Of a stretch of DNA of 64,000 nt, positions 35,777-45,488 are shown in pieces. The stretch is from positions 140,253 through 204,252 of the forward strand of contig JAKAPK010000002.1 of assembly GCA_021807125.1 (NCBI GenBank), in the 5' to 3' direction. Positions within the stretch are counted from its first letter, which is position 1; the number at the start of each line of letters is the position of its first letter. Source of the DNA: Nanobdellota archaeon (GTDB lineage Archaea; Nanobdellota; Nanobdellia; Parvarchaeales; Parvarchaeaceae). The notes below the pieces were generated by a model that searched no databases, had not been told where the DNA came from, and saw nothing but the letters and a program-made list of their open reading frames with translations. A program made the translations under genes and the position numbers.

Positions 35777-38700
35777 CTAAAATGCTAAAAGAGATTGCTG
35801 TTTTTTTATTTCTTCACCAAAAATAGCGTCAAGATTTGTCTTAAGCAGGTTAAGTTCATCGCGCAGATACTTGGTTATATTATACTTATTAGCTATATCT
35901 ATTGATAATGCTAAATACTTCTTTATATTTCCTTCACTTGACGTAAGTACAAGATTACCGCTGCACCTGCCACATCTTCCTGCGAGAGGCGGTCTCTGAT
36001 AACGCTGATTGCACTTTACACACCTGAATTCCTGAGTCCCAAAACGTCTAAGATTTCCTTTTATGTCCTTTATGAAGTGTTTTTCTATTATTATCCTAGC
36101 CATATCTGCTATGTCGACGGCACGCAATTTCTCTTCTAGAGACATCTCTGCAGATACTTTTTCCTGCATCGTTTCCAGCGTCTTGTATGAAGATACATTT
36201 ACGCCATCGTTTATGTCGGAGGTATCGTGCGTGAAGAACATTGTTTGAATTGGTTCTTTCATTATGTCCTTCACCTGTTTTATCTTAATATCTGATGGCT
36301 TTGGATAGTCCTTTGTGGCCTCATAAAATTCTAGAGGGTATTTGTCAACTATATCCAGATTGTAAGCCTCTGCATCGATGCCGTTGACGTCCAAATTAAG
36401 AGATAAAACCAATGGGGAATCCATGTATCTAGCACCCCTAGAATCCGGAAGCAACTGCCTGTCGAAATTTAGAAGCATATCTGAAAGAAGAAGAAGACTC
36501 GCTTCGTCACCATCGCAATTTCTTCTCATTGCTGCATGGAAGAATGGGTGGGCGAAAAGCCCCTGTGTTTTAGAGAAGCCTATTATCCGCCCTATTATAC
36601 CTGCGGAAGTGTGGGGCGCTAGTCCAACAACGAATTTTCCCACTAAATCCTCCTTTTTCTCTATATTATTTAATTTGTTTACACCGTATACTTTCTCCAA
36701 AAGATCATCAACAAATTTTGATACTCTCAATAAGACATCGGCACCGTTGTCGTCCTTTTCCCCATGCGTGGGCAGAATTATATCCTGTGGCATTAATTGC
36801 AGTATCTGGCTTTCAGAAATAAGATCACCCCCGTAAATGTCTTTTGTGTAACCTAGTTTTCTTATCATCTCTAATCCGATGCCCAATTCCTTTGGTTTGA
36901 AGTGAGTTATGGGCACCTCTATTGCATCCAATCTTATAGTGCCATCTTTGTTCACATTAAGATCGTAATATGCGCGCAGTATGCCTTTTTCTAGCCGCTC
37001 TATTCTTCCTGAAGAGTTAAAAACCCCCTTTACTCCCTTTATGTTATCTGGTCTTACTGGAAGCTTAAGTTTTGAATAGGCGCGATCCAGATAATCCTTT
37101 ATGTTTATCTTCATTTTTATCTTGTTGGATACATCTTTGCCGTGATGAATCTTTTCCTTTGTGTACGCACCGCATACTCTGCAAACAGACTGTTGGTTTG
37201 TTTCCGAACCACAGTTTTCACAGATATTATAAATTGTATCTCGCATACATTTGTTGCAGTAGAATTTTCCATACTCAGCGTATGCCGTACCTGTTGCGGA
37301 TCCAGCTACTGAGATTATATTTCTTGAGTTGCCCCCGCTGTCTCCTATTGGAAAGATAACGTTGGGATTTGTTTCCATCTCGCGCATTTTAGCCTTTTCA
37401 GGCCTGCCTAGCCTACCTCCTACAAAAGTACCGGCTTTGTCCATTATCTTTACGCTGCACACTTCACTAAGTATTTCGATATTGCTTTTTGTCTTATCAA
37501 ATATTGAACTAGTACGATCAAATGATGAATAGCCCATTCCCAAAGCGAAAAGGAGTGCATCTGCGTTTTCTATAATAATGTCTCCTGGCTTGGTGTGCTC
37601 GATGCCCAATAACTCAAGTGTCCTTTTTATTTCCTGGTTTTCTGGTAACTCGAGTATCTTAGTTGGAAAACCCTTCAATTTCTCTTGTATGTCTACTTTA
37701 CCTTTGGTATATACATTCTCAAATAATGCGTAAAGCTGGTCGTAGCTTATTTGTGTCCAGAAATAAAGAAATTTAGGATGCAAAGGCAGTTGATATTTCT
37801 TTGAGAATTCTACATGTCCGCTTAAAGATTCAAGAGTTCTTGACTCAGTCAATGCTGCTTCTCCTTTTTTCTCTACTATCCGGTCCCACCATTCCGGCAC
37901 AAAAGGTGATGGCATAAGAAGGTGTCCTTGCTCTGAAAAGTCGCCGTAGTTAAAGAGTATGTCGCCTACGTAAAGTATTTCATTTATTTCGCTTAATAAA
38001 TTTTTTGCTTCATTAATCGTTTTTGGTTTTACTACGCTTCCGTTCTTTAACTTAACTATCGGACCCTCAATAGAATCACATGGAGTCACTGCGCATGCCT
38101 TTCCAGGAAGTTCTACGCGCATCTGAGATCCAGTGGCAATGAAGTCAGACAATATTATGTTTGTTATAGGGTTTATTGCGGCTGCTGCCAGACCTGAAGT
38201 CCTTGCTCGTCCGTACCTTAGTCTAAACCCTCCGCTCCTTAACGGATATGAAAAGACGGGTCTACCCGCAGCTATCTCTTCCAAGTATCTAAAGTTAGGA
38301 AGAACCTTTGCACCATCCTGCTTCTTTGTCGACGAAGCGGCGTGTTCTAACTCTTTTATCTCAAGGTATTTAGGTATAAAGGCAAAATCTTCTTCTATTC
38401 CATAAACAGATGCAAAGGATTTTATAGTTTTGTATACCTTTGCAGCTTTTTGAGCAAACCCTTCACAAAGTACTAGAGACATCCCGCCACGTATTCGATT
38501 AGTCGCTATTCTTGGTAGATTCTTATATGCAGAAACTTCCCTCTCTGTCGTAGGGTCGCCATCTATCTCTATCGGGAGGTTCCTAAGAAGAAAATCTATT
38601 TCTGCGGGGTGTGGCATATACTGTAGTCTAGCTTCATAATCATTATAATCTGTGACCTCGACTTTTATCCGTCCTATTTCTGACTCATCGGGATCATATT

Positions 38701-39202
38701 TTCCAAGCTTAAATTCTGCTCTCAGTACGTCAGCCAGCACAACAACTGTAGCGGCGGCAGTGCCTCCTGCGCCCCTTATCGGACCTCCAAAAAAGCAAGA
38801 TATATATTGCTGACCATCGCGGCGATTCTTAAATTCCAGTTTCACGAACCCTTCAAGCGGAGCTGATACAGCCCCTAAAGTCAAATATGCGAGACCAGTG
38901 CGTATGCCCATTTCTATAGCATCCTGCTGTTTATCGAACTTTATGAATTTCCCGTGTGAGACTTCTAATGCAGTATCCAAGGCGACGCGCCAGTCATTTG
39001 CACCATATTTTTTTTCAGCTTCACGTATAAAATCCATAAGTCCACTTTCAATCAAATCCTGTCTCAAAACCGAAAGAAGACCTTCTACCCGCGAAGCAAC
39101 GTCTTTTGCCATAGGTATCTTTACTTCCTTTATTTTCCTGAAGAAGTCATATTCTTTTATCACAGAATCTGCTATCAGTTTTGAATATTCGTTAGGATCC
39201 AT
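35777..39202 (-). CDS. polC: DNA polymerase D large subunit DP2
   Basis: GPIRGAGGTA, FRLRYGRAR, GRLGRPEKA, HAAMRRNCDGDE, C-terminal Zn ribbons; no intein. Confidence 0.97.
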   Translation of the reverse strand: MDPNEYSKLIADSVIKEYDFFRKIKEVKIPMAKDVASRVEGLLSVLRQDLIESGLMDFIREAEKKYGANDWRVALDTALEVSHGKFIKFDKQQDAIEMGIRTGLAYLTLGAVSAPLEGFVKLEFKNRRDGQQYISCFFGGPIRGAGGTAAATVVVLADVLRAEFKLGKYDPDESEIGRIKVEVTDYNDYEARLQYMPHPAEIDFLLRNLPIEIDGDPTTEREVSAYKNLPRIATNRIRGGMSLVLCEGFAQKAAKVYKTIKSFASVYGIEEDFAFIPKYLEIKELEHAASSTKKQDGAKVLPNFRYLEEIAAGRPVFSYPLRSGGFRLRYGRARTSGLAAAAINPITNIILSDFIATGSQMRVELPGKACAVTPCDSIEGPIVKLKNGSVVKPKTINEAKNLLSEINEILYVGDILFNYGDFSEQGHLLMPSPFVPEWWDRIVEKKGEAALTESRTLESLSGHVEFSKKYQLPLHPKFLYFWTQISYDQLYALFENVYTKGKVDIQEKLKGFPTKILELPENQEIKRTLELLGIEHTKPGDIIIENADALLFALGMGYSSFDRTSSIFDKTKSNIEILSEVCSVKIMDKAGTFVGGRLGRPEKAKMREMETNPNVIFPIGDSGGNSRNIISVAGSATGTAYAEYGKFYCNKCMRDTIYNICENCGSETNQQSVCRVCGAYTKEKIHHGKDVSNKIKMKINIKDYLDRAYSKLKLPVRPDNIKGVKGVFNSSGRIERLEKGILRAYYDLNVNKDGTIRLDAIEVPITHFKPKELGIGLEMIRKLGYTKDIYGGDLISESQILQLMPQDIILPTHGEKDDNGADVLLRVSKFVDDLLEKVYGVNKLNNIEKKEDLVGKFVVGLAPHTSAGIIGRIIGFSKTQGLFAHPFFHAAMRRNCDGDEASLLLLSDMLLNFDRQLLPDSRGARYMDSPLVLSLNLDVNGIDAEAYNLDIVDKYPLEFYEATKDYPKPSDIKIKQVKDIMKEPIQTMFFTHDTSDINDGVNVSSYKTLETMQEKVSAEMSLEEKLRAVDIADMARIIIEKHFIKDIKGNLRRFGTQEFRCVKCNQRYQRPPLAGRCGRCSGNLVLTSSEGNIKKYLALSIDIANKYNITKYLRDELNLLKTNLDAIFGEEIKKQQSLLAF

Positions 39203-39311
39203 TTTTAAAAATTGAAGTTCATTTTATTAAAACTTTTTTAGTTTACGGTCATATTGTGAATACTTGCTTCTTTAAATACATAAATTGCACAAATTCAAAT
39301 AAAATTAATAC

Positions 39312-41909
39312 ATGGAAAAACCACAGGTTGAAAAACTGATAAAAACCAGCATAGAAAAACAGCCAAAAAAATTCATACCGTTCAAGCAACTTGAGCAGCG
39401 GGGCTTCTCAAGACGCAAATGCAACGTCTGCGGTAAAAATTTCTGGTCTACTTCGGAGCGCGACGTATGTGGTGATGTATCCTGTGTTGGACATTACTCC
39501 TTCCTTGATAGCAGAATAACCAACATAAAGCTAAGTCAAGAAAATATATGGAAACGCTTTTCAAAGATGTTCCGCGGAACCGGTCATAAAGAAATAGAAA
39601 GGTACCCTGTAGTCGCAAGATGGAGAGACGACATATTTTTTGTTGAAGCGGCTATAGACGACTTTGCACCATACGTTATAAACGGAGTTGCAGAACCTCC
39701 AGCTAACCCCTTAATCGTACCACAGATATGCCTTAGATTTAACGATATAAATAATGTGGGTCTTACCGGCAGACACCTTACAAGTTTCATAATGGCAGAA
39801 CAGGCTGCGTTTAATACAAAAACAAAAAGGACGTACTTTGATTCCGAAGCTATAGTCTATATATATGATTGGTTAACTCGTGGGCTCGGCATCGATAAAA
39901 ACGAATTAGTATTCAACGAAGACGCATGGGTCGGCGCCGGATATGCTGGAAATTCTCTGGAATTTTTTGCGGGTGGACTAGAACTTGGAAACCAAGTATA
40001 TATGAGATACTCCGTTGATTATAACGGCTTGAAGGATCTGAAAACAAAGACCATTGATATGGGGGCCGGACTTAACAGGTGGGCTTGGATAAGTCAAGGC
40101 ACACCCACAGTGTACGAAGCGGTTTTCCCAAAAGTCATAGACTTCATAAAAAATAAGGTATCTATAGACTATCCAGAAGCCAGATTAAAAAAAGTGTATA
40201 AGGTACTAGGCCAGAGCGATTTTGAGGTCACTGATTTAAAAAGCGTAATAAAGGGCATTTCTAAGGAAATTGGAGATATGGCAGGAATCATCAAAATGAT
40301 AAAGGACATGCGCGCAGTGTATGCTATTGCAGACCATACAAGAACCTTGTTGGTGGCTATGCATGACGGTGCTCTGCCAAGTAATGTAGGGGGCGGGTAC
40401 AACTTAAGAAACATATTCCGCAGATCCTTAGATTTAATAAACGAGAGTGGTTGGAAACTTGATCTTAATGATGTAATAGAAGAACACAAAAAGGAATTCG
40501 GATCTTGGTTTAAGGAACTCAAAGAATATGATGCTTCTGATATAATAAAAAAAGAGATTGAAAGGTATAAAGACTTCAAAGTCAGAACAAACAAGACAGT
40601 ATCTTCAATCATAAAGGGCGGTTCTGTATCAGAAGAGGAAATGCTGAAACTTTATTCGTCTAACGGAATAACAATAGACGATATAAGACACGAGGCCGAA
40701 CTTTCTGGTATAGATATAGCGCTGCCGAACGCGTTTTACACGAAAATAAACAAACATGAATTTGGCGGTCCTAAAAAACTAAAACTGGATACGTCAAAAT
40801 TAGCGGCGACAAAAAAACTCTTTTATGATGAAAACTTACACAGCACGGAAGCAAAAATAATAAAAAAATTCGGTGACGATGCCGTTGTACTTGACCGTAC
40901 CATATTTTACCCTGAAATGGGCGGACAGAAACCAGATCATGGATACATCGACGATGCGAAGGTGGTAGACGTTCAAAAGCAAGAAGATGTAATAATTCAT
41001 TCGCTAGAGACCGCTATAAAAAAAGGTGAAGGGAAATTGGTAAAATTAAGACTTGATGTTGACAGGCGTGAACTTCTTAGGAGACACCATACGGCTACAC
41101 ACATAATAAATCAAGCCTGCAGAAGAGTACTCGGCGATTTTGTGTATCAAAATGGGGCGGAAAAGGACGTCGATAAGGCACATCTCGATATAACTTACTA
41201 CGATAATCTTACGGACGCACAGATTAAAGCCATAGAACACATGGCGAATGATATAGTTGCAAAAAACTTAGAAATGACGGTCAGTATGGTTGACAGAACC
41301 GAAGCTGAAAAGAGATATGGAATGAGCATATATCAAGGCGGTGCAGTACCAAGCGCTAAACTTAGAATAGTCCAGATAAAAGACTATGACGTGGAAGCGT
41401 GTGGGGGCTTACATTGCCATAGAACTGGTGACGTTGGAGTAATAAAGATAGTTAAGACCGAAAGGATACAAGATGGCGTAGTTAGGCTAGTATTCATGGC
41501 GTACAAACCTGCGATAAATTTCATAGAAGACCAAGAAAAGATAATAAGAGAACTATCGAACGTTTGGGGCGTCGGTCAAAATGACGTTGTTGAGACTGCG
41601 CAGAGATTCTTTTCCGGTTGGAAGAGATATAAGGACCTATATGAAAAATCAGAAGAGGAGCGCTTGTATCTTAGCATAGAATCAAAACTTAACGAACAAA
41701 ACATAGAGGTAACGACTACTTTCGAAAAAAGCAACGATCTTATAAGGATACTATCAAAGGTTAAGCCAAAACTACAAAACAGGTCACTATCGATATTATC
41801 CGCCAATGTTGCAATAGGATATCCAAACTCAGAATATGTAAAAAGCCGACTAGCAAAAAAATACAAGAATATCATAGAAAAGCCTGATTTCATCATAGCT
41901 TCGATTTAG
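39312..41909 (+). CDS. alaS: Alanyl-tRNA synthetase, archaeal type
   Basis: N-terminal CxxC..CxxxxC, YPVVARWRDD, GRHLTSF, IDMGAGL, ADHTRT, HHTATH and EACGGLH editing domain. Confidence 0.97.
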   Translation: MEKPQVEKLIKTSIEKQPKKFIPFKQLEQRGFSRRKCNVCGKNFWSTSERDVCGDVSCVGHYSFLDSRITNIKLSQENIWKRFSKMFRGTGHKEIERYPVVARWRDDIFFVEAAIDDFAPYVINGVAEPPANPLIVPQICLRFNDINNVGLTGRHLTSFIMAEQAAFNTKTKRTYFDSEAIVYIYDWLTRGLGIDKNELVFNEDAWVGAGYAGNSLEFFAGGLELGNQVYMRYSVDYNGLKDLKTKTIDMGAGLNRWAWISQGTPTVYEAVFPKVIDFIKNKVSIDYPEARLKKVYKVLGQSDFEVTDLKSVIKGISKEIGDMAGIIKMIKDMRAVYAIADHTRTLLVAMHDGALPSNVGGGYNLRNIFRRSLDLINESGWKLDLNDVIEEHKKEFGSWFKELKEYDASDIIKKEIERYKDFKVRTNKTVSSIIKGGSVSEEEMLKLYSSNGITIDDIRHEAELSGIDIALPNAFYTKINKHEFGGPKKLKLDTSKLAATKKLFYDENLHSTEAKIIKKFGDDAVVLDRTIFYPEMGGQKPDHGYIDDAKVVDVQKQEDVIIHSLETAIKKGEGKLVKLRLDVDRRELLRRHHTATHIINQACRRVLGDFVYQNGAEKDVDKAHLDITYYDNLTDAQIKAIEHMANDIVAKNLEMTVSMVDRTEAEKRYGMSIYQGGAVPSAKLRIVQIKDYDVEACGGLHCHRTGDVGVIKIVKTERIQDGVVRLVFMAYKPAINFIEDQEKIIRELSNVWGVGQNDVVETAQRFFSGWKRYKDLYEKSEEERLYLSIESKLNEQNIEVTTTFEKSNDLIRILSKVKPKLQNRSLSILSANVAIGYPNSEYVKSRLAKKYKNIIEKPDFIIASI

Positions 41910-41912
41910 ATT

Positions 41913-43454
41913 ATGGACTCACAAAAATACGACGCAGTAAAAATTGATAAGGCGGCTGCATCACTGATAAAAAGGAGAAAAACGTTAGAAAAACTGCAAA
42001 AATTGGCAAAAAAGAACGAAGTTGGTCTGGAAAATCTGCCGGAAAATGTAAAGCTTGCGATTAACGACGCTGGGCTACATGCAATTTTTTTAAAGGACGC
42101 CCTCATCAGATACAGAATATGTTCAAGTGAAATTTCGACGCAAAACTCTGGCAAGGCTGAGATTCAGTCGCTTGCATTTGATAGGGAAAAACTAGCGCGC
42201 GCTTATCCAGAAGCATCAAAAATATTTATGGATGGATACGGAATCGATGAACTACGCCTTAAGTGTCTTATTGAAGGGGCTGACGCCGAGACCGTGCACA
42301 GTCTTGAAGATATACGTTCAGCAATGAATTCATTTTGGGATTTAGTTCAGTGGGTAAAGAATAACAAAACTAACACAAAATCTTATAAGACAAACCAGCA
42401 TATATACGCAGAAAATCTTTGGATGGTTTCGAAATGGAACTCTATAAAATCTGACCTCATTAATGAGCTATTAGAATACAAATTTAATCATGCGGCTATA
42501 AGGCTAATAAAATTTATATCTGGTGATGTAGGCGCAGTGTATATTCGGTTTCTTAACGGCTTAAAACATGATTATGAAGACCAGACTACTTTCTTATCTG
42601 CAGAATACGTTATGAAACAGCTATGCGCGTATATGTCATATTTTGCACCATCTATTTCGATTTGTGCATATTATGAATTGAAAGACCGTTCCGATATACT
42701 GACCTTAATAAGGCCCTCAGTAGACAGGTCACTTATAAACAAGTATCTCGAGGACCGAATGGAAAAAACGATAAAATTAGCCTCAGAAATAAATTCCACA
42801 AGGCCATCTTTAGGAATACCTGGAAACGTGCCAATAAGTCAGGTAATATTACCAAACGTCACAAAAGACTCTATAGAAGAAAGTGCGTTGAAGAGGATGG
42901 CATCTGTAATAGAGATCGGCTACAACATAAACGAAGATGACTTTTCTATAGAACTGAACACTTTGCAATTAAATAGCACATATTCCCAAATGGAAGTTAC
43001 CAAGATAATAGGGAAGTTTCTTGAACTAACTAAAGGCACGATTCTGAGAAATTTGGTTAATGGGCTAGAAATAAGCGCAGACGGGAAAAAATATAACATA
43101 CCTATAAAAGACGTAAAACTGAAACCGCTGAAACAGAACATGCACGTAATTAACAGCGATTTATCAAAGATAATAATAAACACTGAAATGAACGAAAATT
43201 CGAAAAGGGAGTGGATAAAAAAAGAAGTGATAAGCTCTATAGAGAGAATACGCGAAGAAATGGGAATAAAATCAGGGTCTCTTATAAGATTCAACATAAG
43301 GTTTTCAGACCCGTACGAAAAGGAACTTGATGAAAATGCATTAAAAGAGGTCGGCCTCGCCGTAAACGGGGAACTTTCAGAAAGTGGCAGATTGCTTAGG
43401 ATTCAAAACTTAAATATAGATAGATACACAATTATTATATCAGTATTTAAATGA
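41913..43454 (+). CDS. Internally deleted, catalytically degenerate IleRS paralogue
   Basis: Segments align by eye with the IleRS N-terminus (YDAVKID..., KDALIRYR), the post-KMSKS YGIDELR, the helical anticodon-binding domain (YKFNHAA, VYIR, YFAP) and the C-terminal KEVISSIERIR; no HIGH or KMSKS. Confidence 0.7.
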   Translation: MDSQKYDAVKIDKAAASLIKRRKTLEKLQKLAKKNEVGLENLPENVKLAINDAGLHAIFLKDALIRYRICSSEISTQNSGKAEIQSLAFDREKLARAYPEASKIFMDGYGIDELRLKCLIEGADAETVHSLEDIRSAMNSFWDLVQWVKNNKTNTKSYKTNQHIYAENLWMVSKWNSIKSDLINELLEYKFNHAAIRLIKFISGDVGAVYIRFLNGLKHDYEDQTTFLSAEYVMKQLCAYMSYFAPSISICAYYELKDRSDILTLIRPSVDRSLINKYLEDRMEKTIKLASEINSTRPSLGIPGNVPISQVILPNVTKDSIEESALKRMASVIEIGYNINEDDFSIELNTLQLNSTYSQMEVTKIIGKFLELTKGTILRNLVNGLEISADGKKYNIPIKDVKLKPLKQNMHVINSDLSKIIINTEMNENSKREWIKKEVISSIERIREEMGIKSGSLIRFNIRFSDPYEKELDENALKEVGLAVNGELSESGRLLRIQNLNIDRYTIIISVFK

Positions 43455-43455
43455 T

Positions 43456-43986
43456 ATGGCTAAGATTTATAAAGTACAAAACATAGTCGCAAGCATATCC
43501 CTTAAAACACAGATACCTCTAAATAAACTGAAAAAATTACAAAATACGCAGTATAACCCAGACCAGTTTCCTGGTCTTGTATTAAGGTTACCAGATATAC
43601 ACGTTACTTTCCTGGTTTTCGGAAGTGGAAAACTTGTGTGCACTGGTGGTAGATCAAAGGAAGATATAATAAATGCAATGGGCAGACTACTGAAGGAGCT
43701 TAGAAAGATAAATGTAAATATAAGAACAAAATGGAAGATAGAAATACAAAACATTGTCGCTAGCGGCGATTTGAACCGCCCTCTTGATTTGAATAAGATA
43801 GCCTATGCCGTAGATGAGACAGAATATAACCCAGAGCAATTCCCTGGCTTAGTCTATAAACTTTCAAATTCAAAGATAACTTTCCTTCTTTTTGGCACCG
43901 GTAAAATTGTTTGTACGGGTGCAAAGAACATAGCAGAGATAGACGATGCAATAAAAATACTCGTATCAGCAATAAACAAAAAATGA
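43456..43986 (+). CDS. tbp: TATA-box binding protein
   Basis: Two repeats of QNIVAS, YNPxQFPGLV and FGxGKxVCTG. Confidence 0.97.
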   Translation: MAKIYKVQNIVASISLKTQIPLNKLKKLQNTQYNPDQFPGLVLRLPDIHVTFLVFGSGKLVCTGGRSKEDIINAMGRLLKELRKINVNIRTKWKIEIQNIVASGDLNRPLDLNKIAYAVDETEYNPEQFPGLVYKLSNSKITFLLFGTGKIVCTGAKNIAEIDDAIKILVSAINKK

Positions 43987-43999
43987 GGAATCTCAAAAG

Positions 44000-44479
44000 A
44001 TGAAAAGGATGTCTAAACGCATTGAGTTTAACCTTAATGTGTATGATTTCGCTATAATTATTCTCTCATTGATAGGTCTTTTGTCTATGTCGTATCTCTA
44101 CGCTTATTCTGCGCAGATATCAAGTGGACAGAACACTAGTTGCTCAATAAGCGGAACGCCGTTCAATTGCGGCAACGTTATAAACAGCAATTACTCTCAC
44201 TTATTTGGTATTCCCCTCTATTATTACGGGATCGTGCTTTTCTCGGTTTTTCTCGCACTCGGATTGACAGCAACCATATCTCGTGGTCGTAAAGAGCTAG
44301 CATTCGTAGATTCGATCATATTCGGACTAGCTGTGCTTTCAAGCGCTGCAGCAGTATATCTAATAGCTGTAGAAGTGTTTCTTATCGGAAAGATTTGTGA
44401 AATGTGCACAATAAGTCATGCATCTATTTTCTTAATCCTTTTTGTGTCTTTTATGTGGATAAAGAAGCGATTCAAATAA
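44000..44479 (+). CDS. Vitamin K epoxide reductase (VKOR) family protein
   Basis: Loop cysteines SCSISGTPFNCGNVINSNYS, FGIP, active-site CEMC; four TM helices. Confidence 0.9.
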   Translation: MKRMSKRIEFNLNVYDFAIIILSLIGLLSMSYLYAYSAQISSGQNTSCSISGTPFNCGNVINSNYSHLFGIPLYYYGIVLFSVFLALGLTATISRGRKELAFVDSIIFGLAVLSSAAAVYLIAVEVFLIGKICEMCTISHASIFLILFVSFMWIKKRFK

Positions 44480-44538
44480 GTTTTAAGCTAACTATATTAT
44501 CTAAGAAATAAACAATGTTATAAAAACTAGAAAAAAAA

Positions 44539-44886
44539 TTATTGGCTGTAGTCCCCTGTTCCGAAAAGCCAGTCGGTCATGTCCCTTGTCTGAAGCTCAT
44601 CGTACCTTCTAAGCTCTCTTGTCTTTTTGTTGTCGTACGCTACTTTAAAGGTGAAACCCTCGTTGTAGCTCTTGTAAGACTCCCACATCATTATTTTACC
44701 GCTCTTGACTAAATTTGCCAGGACACGGTTGCATTTTTCCATGTTGTATTCAAACCCGTGCTTTGGCAGGGATTCACTCATGTATTTGTGGATATCTACT
44801 ACATCGACGAATTTGTATGGCTCTTTTTTCGGGTCGCCAAGCACTTCCGTTATACTATATTCCAAAACTTCTTCGAGTTTTCCCAT
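44539..44886 (-). CDS. Hypothetical protein (115 aa)
   Basis: Strong SD AAGGAGG before the ATG; no motif recognised. Confidence 0.7.
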   Translation of the reverse strand: MGKLEEVLEYSITEVLGDPKKEPYKFVDVVDIHKYMSESLPKHGFEYNMEKCNRVLANLVKSGKIMMWESYKSYNEGFTFKVAYDNKKTRELRRYDELQTRDMTDWLFGTGDYSQ

Positions 44887-45037
44887 GCTTTCCTCCTTAA
44901 GTCAAATGCTCTTTTGGCATCTGTCTTAAGACAACAGTTTGCAAATTCTATTATAAAAACGTTATAGAAAACTCTTAAATATTTGGGAAATGAACATAAT
45001 ATGTTAATTTCGCACTCTTTCTTTGCAAATTAATTTT

Positions 45038-45439
45038 TTAGCCTATCTCTTTTACAAGCAATTCAACGTTATGCTTTATCTTATCTCTAAGAACGCGATA
45101 TGCTTCGAGGTCTGAGGCGAAGTCTTTTACATCCCAAATCCTAACTTTCTTTGAATTAGAAAGAAAGTCTGGAAGCATGTTGTCTGACATTACTATAATT
45201 AGATCAGCTTTTGCGATTGCTTCTTTATCGAGCTGTTTAATGATGCAAGAAGACAAATCAAAATCCAGTTCTTTCATGAAAACTACAACGCGTGGATTTG
45301 AATCTTTTAATTTCATTCCTGCCGAATGAGCGTTTATGCCTGCTGATGCACAAATGTTTTTCTTTGAAAATCTTTTAAAAAAAGCTTCGGCGATCTGGCT
45401 CCTGCCTTCATTGTGATCGCAAACAAATAATACTTCCAC
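45038..45439 (-). CDS. Second LMW-phosphatase/ArsC-family protein
   Basis: FVCDHNEGRSQIAE CX5R loop, SAG, WDVKD; GTG start. Confidence 0.82.
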   Translation of the reverse strand: MEVLFVCDHNEGRSQIAEAFFKRFSKKNICASAGINAHSAGMKLKDSNPRVVVFMKELDFDLSSCIIKQLDKEAIAKADLIIVMSDNMLPDFLSNSKKVRIWDVKDFASDLEAYRVLRDKIKHNVELLVKEIG

Positions 45440-45488
45440 ATAAAGACGAGTAGCTAATCATATAAAAAATAAAAATATCAAAACTCTT

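Noticed and set aside
35777-39202. Possible intein or split in PolD DP2, PolB or AlaRS, as in Nanoarchaeum equitans
   Set aside because: All are single ORFs of normal length with contiguous catalytic motifs (RRNCDGD, YADTDS).
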